Positions 1 through 12,912 of a stretch of 64,000 nt of DNA are shown in pieces. Made by a program: the position numbers and the translations under genes. Source of the stretch: Albugo candida. Lineage: Eukaryota. The stretch covers positions 372,001 through 436,000 of the forward strand of contig JBDOQK010000011.1 of NCBI GenBank assembly GCA_040437565.1, given 5' to 3'. Within the stretch, counting starts at the first letter, position 1; every line of letters begins with the position of its first letter. The notes below the pieces were generated by a model. The model was not told the DNA's origin and did no database searches. It worked only from the letters and a program-made list of their open reading frames with translations.

Positions 1-1435
1 TGAATATTCTCAATTGGAACGGTTGTTAGTGAAGTTTGCAAACGACGCAATGCTGCAATCCGCAAAGTGGTTACCAATCAATCGCTTTCATGCTGCGTAC
101 TGGGTAAAACAGGTGGAGATTTTTCATTTTGCTTGACTCGCTTTCTCACCCGATTCTCGTACGTAGCGCAAACGCTACGTAGATGATTTGGAGAATCTTC
201 GAACGAGGCTGCATAAAGCTCATACTCAAGATCCACCACGTTTTGCGATACAGCATCATAGTGAGGACGTTGAGAGAGTTTTGTCAAATGTATCACAAGA
301 TGAGATCAGAGTAGAAATTCGATCGCTGCATCAGCTATGTCAGCTAGCTGGAAAGGAAGTGTTTGTAAAATTCTGTTTGAATGTCCCGTCGTCGAATCCA
401 ATCGAAGGCAAAACGAGCAATTTCCACGTCCCGGCCACTCCTCCATATGCATGCAAATCATTTCCTTCCAAAATGTATTCCCAATTTGCGTTTCCAATTA
501 AACGAAATCGCGGATTGCAACGATTATTCGACCTGAAGAAAGCCACTTTCGAAGTCTGGCGTCCCAGCACAATATTCAGGTCCTCTCAAATGGTAGCACG
601 TGCATACTTGACATTGGTAAAGTTTTTTGTACTCCAATCGGTACTATTGTGAAGTATCTCATGAATTCAATTGAAGAGTCCTCTCAATACTCAGTGTGAA
701 ATACACTGCGAGATTCCATTTGTCAATCCAAATCGGCGACCCACAGGTGGGGATATTGAGGTACGTCTCCATTCGATACAGAAAAAGCTTGACATCCTCA
801 CGTTCTTCCTTGGCAATTTAGGTCGTAATTCAGCTCCGAACTCCTCTTCGTGTGAAAGAAATAAGAAAAAGCACATACGAAACGCTCACCGTGGAGAATG
901 TACCGGCCAAGTCTTCTATCCTGTCTTCAATCATACCTCAACCAGCTGAGATGCAGAACAAAGGGAGCGAAGCCATAGCCGACGTACTCGATGATCCTTT
1001 TGATCCTCACAGTGTCGACCTGATAGTCAGTTATGATGTTATCATCGAAGAGGTAGCGATTGTTCGACTTGTATCACCGTAACTGAATGCTCTTATAGAT
1101 GAAAAAGATCAACGAAAATCTGGGGGATCAACGAGCTGAGAGATCGGATTTGAAGGACCGCATCGATTCCTTAAGTTTAAAAAAGCAGGTCGGACTTGCT
1201 TTATGAATATCGTAGCCGTACTACTTTGCTTTTGTAGCTTCTGGAAATTAGTATGGAATCAGGTCGCTTGACATTGAAGCAATACTTGGAGCAACTTCGA
1301 AGCAGAATCGACTCCGACTACGTAATATTCAAGAAACTTCAGCAGCAGAATCGATTTGTTGACGCTGAATGCGTAATGCGACGAATTCGCATAATGAAAG
1401 AGGAGATGAAAGTTGATCCTAACGAGCTTTCCTGA
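1..1435 (+). CDS. CC2D1: CC2D1/Lgd-like coiled-coil and C2 domain protein, 5'-truncated, multi-exon
   Basis: Spliced ORFs (first intron ~113-166) give PIKRNRGLQRLFDLKKATFEVWRPSTIFRSSQMVARAYL...CEIHCEIPFVNPNRRPTGGDIEV, closely resembling the CC2D1A/B C2 domain, followed by a C-terminal helical segment YLEQLRSRI...RRIRIMKEEM; stop at 1435. Confidence 0.75.
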
Positions 1436-1484
1436 AGGAAAATAATTTTGTATACTTTGTATACTGAGACAATTATTACTACCA

Positions 1485-3125
1485 ATGAGCATTTGCATCA
1501 ATGGACTAGCTGAAATCGACCTTCCTCAAGGTGAATAGAGGCAGCTGCTGCATAATAAGAGATCTATCAGGGCGCTAATACACGTGTAGAGCTAATCCGT
1601 AAATCATGCGCGCATTGCTGTACCGCAACGGCCAATGTGGAGTGCCCAGAATGCAAAAAATGTTACTGCAGCACGTGTATGCATCCGGCTCACGGCGTGG
1701 TCGATCCAGACGGAACCGTAAAGTCAGAGTATACGGAGACGTCCCATGCACATTTCGACAAGATCGTTAGGTGTAATGGTACGAGCCAGCAATGTATTTT
1801 TGCATCGCGTCTTACCGCATCTTGTGTAGTTTGTCTGGAATGCCGGGATAAAGATGTGGAATTTTACTGCGTGAATTGCGATGTGTATCAGTGCGAAGTC
1901 TGTTGCGCATCATTTCATTTGACGAATGCGACAGATCACTCATATTTTGCAGTTCAAGGTGAATAGAATACTTTCAATTCTGCATTTTCTTACTTTACGA
2001 GTGATAGGCTCACGCGGTTCCATGCTTCAGTATTCGAAATGGTCTGTGGAGCTTTTTGAAATGGCAAGGAATTTGCGACGAGAGTCAATTGCTGGGGACA
2101 TTCATGATCAAGAGAATTTCGATGAATCAACGAAAGCAGTGCAGCCACAGACGACCGTAAAGGACACACACAAAATTTCAGAAGGTTCTGGGGAGGACGT
2201 AATGGTTAAGAGGGAGGATGAAAGTAGGCACCCTTCTGATGATGTACAATTGTCCCAGATGCAAAAGCTTGCGATCTCGAATGAAACTAAGACGCGTGTT
2301 AGTGAGGAAGCAAGTGAGGACGAATTGATGAAACCAGCAATTCAAATTGATGAACTATCGCTGAGAGGTGTCGTGGATTTGACGCAAGATGAGACTTCTA
2401 CGAGTTTCGTAAGCGATCTTCCCAACGTGAATGTCAAGCAAGAAGCTCGACCTCACATTACGCATGGTTGGCTACAGCCAGATGCATCGTCAACAAGTGG
2501 CACTTTGAGGGATATGGATGTGGCGGAATTCGACGGTCTGGATTCTGACGACCCTATCAAGATTGCATTGCTGCAAGAGTATAATCAGTTGAGTGAATGC
2601 ATGGCCAAATTATCACAGCAAGCGAAATCAATTAACGAACAGATGAAAGATTTTATGTTGCGTTCTACACATATGCAGAAAATGCTGCGGTGTCGCCAGG
2701 AATTGGAAAAGGCACACAGTGAAGCTGCAGAGCTTTCAAACAAGCGCAACATCGTGGTGGCAAAGCTGTTGGTTTATTCTAATCGGGATCCTGCCAAATT
2801 GGAAGAAATGCTCGCAACAGCGGCTGTTGATTCGGAGCATGCACAGAGCACTATCCACCGTAAATGCATCATGCTTGAATCCGTCGTGTATGAAAAACGG
2901 AAGCTGTTACGTACTCATAAATTACAAATGGACGACACTATTCGCATGAAATCGAAAGATTCATATGCAGAGGTCGCTAGAATTGCTGCAGATATCCAGA
3001 ACCTCGAAAAAGATATCATAGAACTGGATAGGACACGTTTGGAAGAACTTGAGCAGCTCTTAATTTACAGCAAAAAAGTGCGAGAAGCTGCAATAGAGAT
3101 GTTGATGCCAGCAGATGAGGCTTAG
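1485..3125 (+). CDS. B-box-type zinc finger plus coiled-coil protein (3 exons)
   Basis: ATG 1485, introns ~1531-1588 and ~1959-2007. Two Cys/His clusters (CAHCC...CPECKKCYCSTCMHPAH; CLEC...CVNCDVYQCEVCCASFH) then long heptad-rich C-terminus (ORF 1926-3125). Confidence 0.65.
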
Positions 3126-3541
3126 ATTAGCTCGTTAGGGTTCAATCGAGTTGAAAGCCGGCAATTCAACTGTGTCGCATCCCTCCTCAGTTGTCACAAT
3201 TCTAAGGTGATAACAAGTGATTTTGCGTTCCCTAGATGTAATTTCCTCAGACAAAGATCGATTCGATATGCATGATTGTGCCTGTGGCTTACTTAGCGAG
3301 CAGATACCCGAATCTGTATGCATATTTTTGCACCATGCCGATTCCCATTTTATTTGGCGTTCGCAAGACCATCAAAAGTAACTAAGCTATATATGCAAGC
3401 CTCACTCTGACGCTACCGCCGCAGTAATTTCCTCAGAACAGGTACGAATCCATGAGTGCATTTGACGCGAGATGGATCCGTAGACAACAATGCAGTGATC
3501 GTGTTACATAAGATTTCACAGGATGCTCTAACGCATCATCA

Positions 3542-4781
3542 TCATTGCGTTTTATGGCTCGTGGTTACAATAGCGTCTCGAATAGTTTCGGCTAATTCCT
3601 TCAATCGTATCGCATCTTGCTTATCTCTCCTCGCATAAAAGTCCCGCTTTTTCTCAAAAAGCTCACGATCTTGTTCCATCGTTTCGCGTCGCTCGATCAA
3701 CGCTTGTTCTCTCATTTCACTTTCTTTCATAAATCTGACTTTATCAAATTCCAAGCGCTCACGATCAAAATCCAGTCGATCTTGGAGGTGCTTTTCAAAG
3801 CTGAAATTGGAACGGGTATTACTTCCGCCAGAATTGTTTTGCGCGGTAGTTGCGTTGTTGACTGCCTATAAACACATGCACGATAAAAAGAGGACACAAT
3901 ACTAAATCGAATCTTACAAATGCAGCTGAGAGAGCATTCATGTTGGGATATACCGCATTATTCAGCTGCGTAGAAGTAACATTTGCGTTATCTGCAGCTC
4001 GTCGAGCTGAGGTTGAGTTTCCAGCCCCAGCAGCTGAAGAACCTCCTGTCCCCGAATTAAGACCTCGATGCGCTTGAGACTGCAGTTGACCTTCCGAGGT
4101 CAAAGCATCGCCATGCGCTTGGCCATAGTTGAGGTCGGATTCTGAATTTAGATTTGATCCAGCGAGAACAACGTCTTCCACAATAGGGAGGCCTTCATAA
4201 TGAAATTCGAAAAATCTCGCTCGGATTGTTTCTTGTTTGGGTAAGAGCTCAAACTCCGCCCAACGTCTTGGGTGTGCGCCTTGTAAATGGCTGCGAATGT
4301 TATCAACGCGAAAAGCACGGAAAAACTTTGTCGTAGTAAGTGAACGTCTTCTCCGTTTCTTTGTATCGAGACTCGATTCTGTTTCTTGTATGAGTTGTTC
4401 ATATTTCCCTTCTCTACCAAAGGCTTTACAAAACCCACACATTGCGAGCGTCACGTCATCCGTTACTGCATCCCGTTCGATCGCTATGAGACCAAAATCC
4501 ATTTCATACTTCGATTGCCATGCGTGTCTTCGAGCTCGCTTTGAGGAGTTCGTCATGGCATCATGATTCCCGCGTTCCAATCCGCTGAGGTTAGCTCGAT
4601 CTTCTTTATTAGAATCATCGGCGTCTTCATCTGCTTCGTCATAGTCTTCATTGCCATCGAATTCCCAGCGCTTACGTTTAAGGGATCCATCAGGGTGGTG
4701 ATCTACACCCAGACCAAGCTCATTTGGTTCACGGGAATCGACAAGCTCGGACGCTGTTTCCATTCTTTTAATGAACCACAC
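3542..4781 (-). CDS. Hypothetical protein with CxxC...HxxxxH (BED/TTF-like) zinc finger and C-terminal coiled coil
   Basis: ORF 3819-4781 joined to ORF 3542-3754 via an intron ~3917-3865. Contains MCGFCKAFGRE...DNIRSHLQGAHPRRW, an NLS-like KKRRRR, and a charged coiled coil FDRERLEFDKVRF. Confidence 0.6.
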
Positions 4782-4927
4782 AGATCAAGGTCACGCGGAC
4801 TTGCACCCACAGGATTTTACCATTAATTATGTCTCCAACATAATAATAGACACAATCCTAAACTGACCTGAATGATTTTCACCAATTGATACCCGTGTCA
4901 AAACAATAACTACCAATCATATACACC

Positions 4928-6673
4928 ATGGTTGCAGATTCTTCATTGGAAGACGTCCAGGATCAAATTGGAGATATCGACCTCGAAATCATAGCAAATG
5001 ATGAGACTATGCAAGAGTACGACATTGGAGAAGCTCCAGAGTCCGACGAATTTCACAGCTCTGGGGATGAAATGACAGAAAACACCGCTTCTAATGATCA
5101 AGCTGTGATGATCTTTGCCGAACATCACGCACCAGTGTACGCTATCACGATGCATCCAGTGCATACAAGCATTGTACTTTCAGGAGGTGGTGATGACCGA
5201 GGACTTTTGTGGAATCTTGAAACTGGTCAAGTTATACACGCTTTTAGTGGACATCAAGACTCTGTTGTTGCCACCGGATTCAGTTTTGATGGAAAGTATG
5301 CAGCAACCGGAGGTTATGATGGCATCATATTGGTCTGGGAGACGATCACCGGCGCGTTATCTCAAAAACTAGAAGGACCATCACAAGAAGTGGAATGGAT
5401 ATGCTGGCATCAGAGGGGCTACATCTTACTCGCCGGATCAGCAGATGGAACAGTTTGGATGTGGCTCGCCACGACAGGAGAATGCATGCAAGTCTTTGCT
5501 GGGCATGATCAAGGCGTGACTTGTGGATCGTTTACGAGCTCTGGAAAGGTATGGATTGTCGATGAGTGTAAAGGAGCTTGACCCGCATCTCGCTAGATGA
5601 TCATATCTGGTAGCTTGGATGCTACTGTTCGAGTGTGGAATCCCAAGACGGGTGAATGCAACCATGTCTTTCGAGGGTGAAAAGATAAAATCTCATCTCA
5701 AGAGACTCATTATTGATGATGGTGTTTGGCAAGTAGATATGGATTCCATGATGGGCCAATCTGCTGCGTTGTTTGTCATCCATCGGTACATGTCACAACG
5801 CGGAAAAAAAACAGGAACAGTTATACCACTTACTTCGTAGCAAGCGATGGCAATCACATGCTCACAAGATGGAAACGCTTGCTTGCTTCAGCTACAAACT
5901 GGACGTGTTCTTGCGACGCTCACACATGCTGAAACAAGTATAGTGATAGGTGATACCGATGCAGAAGAAGCAAGAAATTCGGTGGAATGGTGCGAATGAT
6001 CCTNNNNNNNNNNNNNNNNNNNNNNNNNNNNNNNNNNNNNNNNNNNNNNNNNNNNNNNNNNNNNNNNNNNNNNNNNNNNNNNNNNNNNNNNNNNNNNNNN
6101 NNNCAAGATGGAAACGCTTGCTTGCTTCAGCTACAAACTGGACGTGTTCTTGCGACGCTCACACATGCTGAAACAAGTATAGTGATAGGTGATACCGATG
6201 CAGAAGAAGCAAGAAATTCGGTGGAATGGTGCGAATGATCCTACACGTGTCCTGAATTGACAACGTGTTGACATTTCTTTCGTAGTGCCGGATTCTGCAA
6301 ATCAATGAACTGGGCAGCCACAGGGTGCCTTGGTGGACTTTTACGTATATGGGATCTTGCGTCGCATCAGGTACACAACGTGCTTTGCCTCCCGGATGAA
6401 ATTTGATTCTTCTTTCAGTGCCGTCATACTTGCCGGCATGAAGGCGGAGTGATCAAACTACTTTGGCATCCAACAGAGGCGATTGTGTATACATGCACGA
6501 CAACCGGACTCATATATGCCTGGGACGCACGATCAGGATCGCAACTCAAAATATGGCAAGGACACAGCGAAATGATTCTTGATATGGCTTTTGTGATGAA
6601 CGGTGGGCATGCCACCGGAATATTGACCGCGAGTGATGATCAGACAGTACGAATGTTCTCACTAAGCAACTAA
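4928..6673 (+). CDS. AAMP: WD40 protein AAMP/Sqt1 (uL16 chaperone), multi-exon, spans a gap
   Basis: Acidic N-terminus and WD repeats SGGGDDRGLLW, GHQDSV...ATGGYDG, LEGPSQEVEWICWH...LAGSADGTVWMW typical of AAMP/SQT1; last exon ends TASDDQTVRMF. Confidence 0.85.
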
Positions 6674-7113
6674 AGTGCAATTTATAGAAACATTCCGTGA
6701 AATTGCTTGTTACAACGAGCATTTAACGCGAGTCACTTGGCTTGCTCTGCTTCCATTTAAGATTGACGAGCTGCGAATATTCTCAAAGATAGTGTCCAAT
6801 GTCTCGCATCTCTTTCCGAATTTATCGTGATCATTCTTGAAGTGACAATAGAGATCTTGGCTGTACCAATTATTCTTAGCCAATTGTGTTGTTTATTAAA
6901 TGTCTTGATGCAAAAAGTCATCAGTATATCGTTAGTGCACTACTCACGCCGTCGTAGTCTGAGATTACTTCCTGAATGCCCTTCTCCTCCACACTGATAA
7001 AGTATTCAAAATGGGATCACGCCTTGCTTTATTACCATACTTGTGACTATTTGCGAATCAGAAACGCGTCCATTTTGACTTATTGGTAGAGTAGCTAGTA
7101 TCGAACGTTGTAT

Positions 7114-8670
7114 ATGACCGAAACAAAAGTTCCATTGACAAAGATCACCACTGCTCGCTCGTTTCGGCCTCGATCGATTCCGGTGACTTCACAAGAAGGA
7201 AACGTTACGAACGATTCGGTGGCAAAATCACATGTTTTCTTCCGTATCAAACGTAAACGAAATGAAACGGTACACGAACAACTACTTGTTCGACCAGACA
7301 CATGTGCGAAGAAACTTCATACAGAAGTGAATGACACCAAAGCACTGACAAATGCGTTTCAACGCATTTCTACGGCCGAAAACTGGTAAGACGAAGCGAT
7401 TCTTATTTTCGTTAGTGTGCTGTTCTGATTTTATAGCAGGTACGTGTTCAAGCGCATGGAAACCATAGAAAATCATGCAATGACTTCGTGGAGAAAAAAT
7501 ACGGAAGATACTAAATGGATTAAAAAGCTCAAGAACAAAGCGAGCAATTTTCGGAAGGAACAGAGAGATTTGCATCGTGAAGTATTCAAAAAAGATAATT
7601 CACATTTTGAACTCAAAGCAAATCAAATTCGGTACAAAGGTACTCAACTACGGAATAAAAAAGATCGAAAAGCCGAAGTAGAGAAAAGTCGTGTGACCTC
7701 AGCTAAGATTCAGCAGCAAGATACAATTACGGTCACGGGTGAAGTTTGTGTGGTCGATTTTATGGTCACGAATGAAGATGAACAAGAAAGGGAAGAATCT
7801 AATGTAACGATGAATGGGCTCAAGCTTGGTGCGATACGTGTTTTGAACCCAGCAGAACGCGAAGTCGATGAGGCGATCTGGAAAGCATTTCAAAGCAACG
7901 ACTTTAGTGCATTTTTCCACTTTCTGCATCGTGCAAAATCCGAAATATCTATGCTAAAAGTTTTGAATTTTCAACGCCCGTTAGATGGAAGTACGGCTTT
8001 GATGGCTGCCGCGTTCCATGGCCGTGTTGATGTTATTGAAAGTCTATTGGGAGTGACAGGAATCAAAGTATTACAACGGGATTATGAAGGTAGCACTGCG
8101 TCTAATTTTGCAGCGCGGAATAAACACACAAATATTCAAGAAGCTCTCATTGCATGTGAAACAACTGAACGAGAAAAGTCATATGTGTACGACTTGTACT
8201 GTATCGACTCTGTTCCCAAGACAACCACAACAGATCTTTTGGCCCGTGATGTCCAAGATATTCCTATAGTTCATGTGAATGAAACCGTACAACAATGGCT
8301 TGTTAATGGTTCGCATAATTCAAAGAAGGAAGAAGATGGCGAGATTGACGACTTTATTTTCGACTCTGACAACAGCATTGATCAGGACGAAGACAGGTTT
8401 GTTTTATCAGGTTAGTGAAAGAGCTCTATGTCAACACACTTTCCATGTTTGTAGTGGGAGCGTGAACTCTAACGATGAGGACTATTATCTGAACGATTAC
8501 CCCGATGAAGAAACCTCTTCTTCTATCGATTTGGATGAGGTGAATTGATGTTTTTGTGCATATGCATAAACTAGTACTTACTCTCAAATCATAAGGAACA
8601 GGAGCGGATGCAATCTGCAATCGGTGACTTTGGTGACATCGGTAGTAGTTGGATAGAAGAAACAGCTTAA
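7114..8670 (+). CDS. IWR1: Iwr1/SLC7A6OS-like RNA polymerase II nuclear import factor with internal ankyrin repeats
   Basis: N-terminal FRIKRKRNE...LLV, then YVFKRMET after intron 7386-7439, C-terminal YVYDLY and SNDEDYYLNDYPDEE (Iwr1 signature); ankyrin DGSTALMAAAFHGRVDVIESLL. The 3' end is either 8548 or, via a further intron, 8670. Confidence 0.7.
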
Positions 8671-8799
8671 GTCAGGAAGGGGAATAGTAATATAGCTGAT
8701 ACAACAAGGATCTGGTTAGAGGATGTGTCAGCAGAGCATACGCATGAAAACAAATCATTTATCAGGATCACGCTTTATGTGAGTCAAAATAACACCAAT

Positions 8800-9596
8800 A
8801 CTAACTCCAATCGCTACTTCTTCGGCTCGGACATTCGCTGCAATATCGATGCCAGCTCCGATACATTGTAGACTGTGACTTTAGATCGAAAGCCCCCAAC
8901 CGCAAGAATCACGAAATTATGGGCTGATGTATACTCATCTTTATGGCTAGAAAAACTGTCGTACGATATCAGTTGCTCAAAGTGATAAATACTAAATCAC
9001 CTCGGGTCCCCCCGTCGTTCTTTGGGATATAAGCTCTAAAGGTTGATCTGGAGCTGTTCAGCGCAACCATCGAGGGAAATCAAAATCGACAGAGTGTACT
9101 TTTAGCCCAAGTTTCGCCGGTGATTCATACTTTGTAACAAAGCCGCGCNNNNNNNNNNNNNNNNNNNNNNNNNNNNNNNNNNNNNNNNNNNNNNNNNNNN
9201 NNNNNNNNNNNNNNNNNNNNNNNNNNNNNNNNNNNNNNNNNNNNNNNNACTAACTCCAATCGCTACTTCTTCGGCTCGGACATTCGCTGCAATATCGATG
9301 CCAGCTCCGATACATTGTAGACTGTGACTTTAGATCGAAAGCCCCCAACCGCAAGAATCACGAAGTTATGGGTTGATGTATACTCATCTTTATGGCTAGA
9401 AAAAGTGTCGTACGATAACAGTTGCTCAAAGTGATAAATACGAAATCACCTCGGATCCCTCCGTCGCTCTTTGAGATATAAGCTCTACAGATGATCTGGA
9501 GCTGTTCAGCGCAACCATCGAGGGAAATCAAAATCGACAGAGTGTACTTTTAGCCCAAGTTTCGCCGGTGATTCATACTTTGTAACAAAGCCGCGC
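8800..9596. repeat. ~349-bp direct duplication flanking a 100-N gap, with clustered differences
   Basis: 8800-9148 matches 9249-9596 except for about 11 substitutions and 1 indel concentrated in 8916-9044. Confidence 0.9.
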
Positions 9597-10608
9597 GAAT
9601 TCTGATGCTGAGGGTTTACCAACCGTCCATTGATTTCTGCCGCTTTTCATGTATTATGACAGAGTAAATCGTCACATATCACTTTGGATCCTTAGACACA
9701 CTACGACCAGAGATATGTCTTTGTAATGAGACAAAAAGAGCCCGGGTGGAACATTGTAATGCACATGTGGACAACGTGAGAAAGCCTATAGGCAGGAGTG
9801 TAGTAATAATATATTATCGTTCCAAAATGATCGCCATCGTAATACAAGGGGTGGTTGCATAGACAGCGTCAAAGATAGATCGTGCATGCCCGAGAAGAAC
9901 CAGTTTTGAACGTCCAATTCTCAGAGCGCATCGTATGGATCGGACAATTGTGATTGCAAAGTCATTTTTACATTCAGCTGCTTTCAATCTCATAGTAGCT
10001 ACTGGAAAGTTCGCTTAAAGACTCAAATCCATGCGGCAATTTTATGGTTTTATACCAAGCATATTTGAACTTCGTACACTTCTGGATTGATCGTTCCTTT
10101 TGCTCATGAAGCCGCAACAAGCGTCAGCAAGTCCGACTCATCCTGACCTCCGTTTCATCTTATGTGCGTCTGCAGGCTGGAAACCCACAAATCCACTACT
10201 TATAGTATCGATGTGAAGTCTATAGCGTTGTCGGCTCGTTTTGTTTTCTCACAAATAAAGCGTGAAGGCGCATGTCGCGATTTGCCGAGCTCAATTTTCT
10301 AGCAAGCAGAGACGTTCGGACATGTTCAAGATGTTATAAGCGGAAATCAGATTACAGGAATCTCGATGAGCCACGATCGAAGGTTCAGATAAGCAAAAAT
10401 GGAATATGAATGACGATGTGATTCATGCTCTTTTTCAACTTGTGTACGTGATCTTGATTGTATAATTTCACTTTCGAAGTCGCTTTTTTTGCATGCTCAC
10501 TTCGTGGTGGATGCTACTTACGATCCAGCCCACTTGAATCTTGACGGCTATCAAATAGCGATATACACCGACTGCTCATGCAAACTTCCATGCTACCGAA
10601 TGTGTTTC

Positions 10609-12912
10609 TCATTTTTTTCTCGATAAAATGTACTTAAGTTTAGCAACTATCTCCGCTGTACATCACAGCATAAGTATGGATCGAATGTCAAACAAACGCA
10701 CCAAAAACGTACCACATTCATAAGGTGAGTCAGCGGTGTAATCTGTGATGATTTCTTCCAGATGATCTTTAAAGTATATCTGAAAGTCCGACGGATCTTG
10801 CATAAATCGAATCCATTCGACACTTGTAATAGGTCGCTCCGCCTGCACAAGGAATTAGTGCCACTTTTTGTGAGTTTCAAGCCGTACAATTTTCGTTGTC
10901 GTCCTGGATTTGATCACTCGTTCTCCCACTTTGCGATTATAGATTTTGTTGATATCAATTCCTAACATTCGCTGTTGTTTCTTGCCGTATTTATTTTTCT
11001 TGATGACATGCCATTCTTTGTAAACGCCAGCCGTCAGATCGTTAAACATAAATGTCTCGGGAGGTGGGCGAGAACGCCCATCAACATTTGCGGTATCATC
11101 GACCGCATTAGTGACGCTCACAGGTACTTGCGGTGCATCAGCGTATTGCTCTACAATCCAAGGAAATTACAGCCATCACGAAGATGATCATTGATCGTCG
11201 ATACTTACTGATCGCTAGAGTTACTTCATGTAAGTTCAATGAACGCAGTTTGGTGTGCAAATCAATCTCATCGGTTGGAAGATCAAGACGCTCTCTATCA
11301 GCTTCACTTATCTTCAGAACATACTGGTCTTGGAAAAGCTGAAGACGATGCTTTTTATTTAGTGTTGGCAGCAAATCCTGACCAATAGTGTCAGCATCCA
11401 CCGCAACGACTGTATAGTCATCACTCTTCGGTCTAATTCAATTCACTGAGTTTTGGATCACGACGGTGCAATAATACGTACAGGAAGATTTTGAGAAATG
11501 TTTTTTCCGGTACACTTGGAGTAGCACATCCCGATGAGGCACCAGAATCCTGCTTGGTGTACGTAATTGCGCTTTTGCTAAAATCTACAAGGATAAAAAA
11601 ATAATGATTGGACATTTGAACTATCCTCGACATGAACATCACCTCCACTAGATTCAGTAACGGGTGGACATGCATCAGGACGCTCACACAAGCAGTATTC
11701 ATGGCCCCCTGCATCCCCAAAATTCTTAATTTTCCTAGAGCGATCTAGAGCTAAGTAGAACTTTGGGTACGCATTCTCAGCGACCAAACACCAAATGAAT
11801 TTCTACCGGGAAAATCCTCGTCGGGAAGTCCATCCGCATCGTGTAAACGCAGCTCGTAGCACTCTGAATGACCATAGTAAAGTGGCGGCTTTCTAGCTTC
11901 GATTTCATGAATTCGCAAGATCTCTTGAATGGACTCTTCTACGGTCGAAGTATCGCGCAGCTACAGAAAAAGATAAGTCGAGGCTTATGAATCACCGTGA
12001 ATAGCCTCTTACATCGAGATTTATCTCACATCTCGTTGGTAAGTATATGATGAGATGCAGCATGGATCCCTCGTTACCCATCATGGCTACTGTCCGACCA
12101 TGCGACGGTGCACCACCACGTAATATTTTATCCAAAAGGGAAGTCTCGTAATTTGATATTGGTTTGACCTCTACCTTACAGAATTCAAATGCATCCTCAG
12201 CTGGACTAGATTCTTTTCCCCTTGTTTTTTCAATATTGGCCTTATCTGATCTAGCTTCTTTGCCTCCGTTTGAGCTATTATGATCTGCTTTTTTACTATC
12301 TTTGCTTTTCTGGCTGGATTTTGTACTAGAAGCATTATCTGGCCTGCTANNNNNNNNNNNNNNNNNNNNNNNNNNNNNNNNNNNNNNNNNNNNNNNNNNN
12401 NNNNNNNNNNNNNNNNNNNNNNNNNNNNNNNNNNNNNNNNNNNNNNNNNTTGTTTTTTCAATATTGGCCTTATCTGATCTAGCTTCTTTGCCTCCGTTTG
12501 AGCTATTATGATCTGATTTTTTACTATCTTTGCTTTTCTGGCTGGATTTTGTACTAGAAGCATTATCTGGCCTGCTATTAGAAACTTGAGTTTTTGACTC
12601 GGTATACTTATTGACCACGCTGGATGCCACATTTCTCTTACTTGATGAAGAGATATTAGCTCCAGATCTAAAACTGGTGGCCATCGAGTCGTTCTTTCCA
12701 TTTTTTTTGTTTCCTTGTGACTGGGATGATACATTTTTCAAAGCAACTCGATCCATCCAGGAATCTCGCATCATTATTTCCATTTTGGGTGAGGAATTGT
12801 AGATACGGTCAACCTCAGAGTCTTGTCGATCGTGAAAAGTTGGGCTATTGCAAGTAGAGATGCGCAGCATCTTGATAGCGCGGTCCAACTCACTTAATTC
12901 TGTAAACTGCAT
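10609..12912 (-). CDS. SIN1: SIN1/Avo1 TORC2 subunit (CRIM and C-terminal PH domains), multi-exon, spans a gap
   Basis: Exon ~11807-11960 reads STVEESIQEIL...YELRLHDADGLPDEDFP, continuing ALDRSRKIKNFG (CRIM). C-terminal YKEWHVIKKNKYGKKQQRMLGIDINKIYN...EIVAKLKYIL is SIN1 PH-like. Stop TGA at 10609-10611. Confidence 0.8.

Noticed and set aside
9600-10600. Possible transposon or ncRNA in the long ORF-free stretch
   Set aside because: No terminal repeats, RT/transposase motifs, tRNA cloverleaf or rRNA similarity could be recognised by eye.
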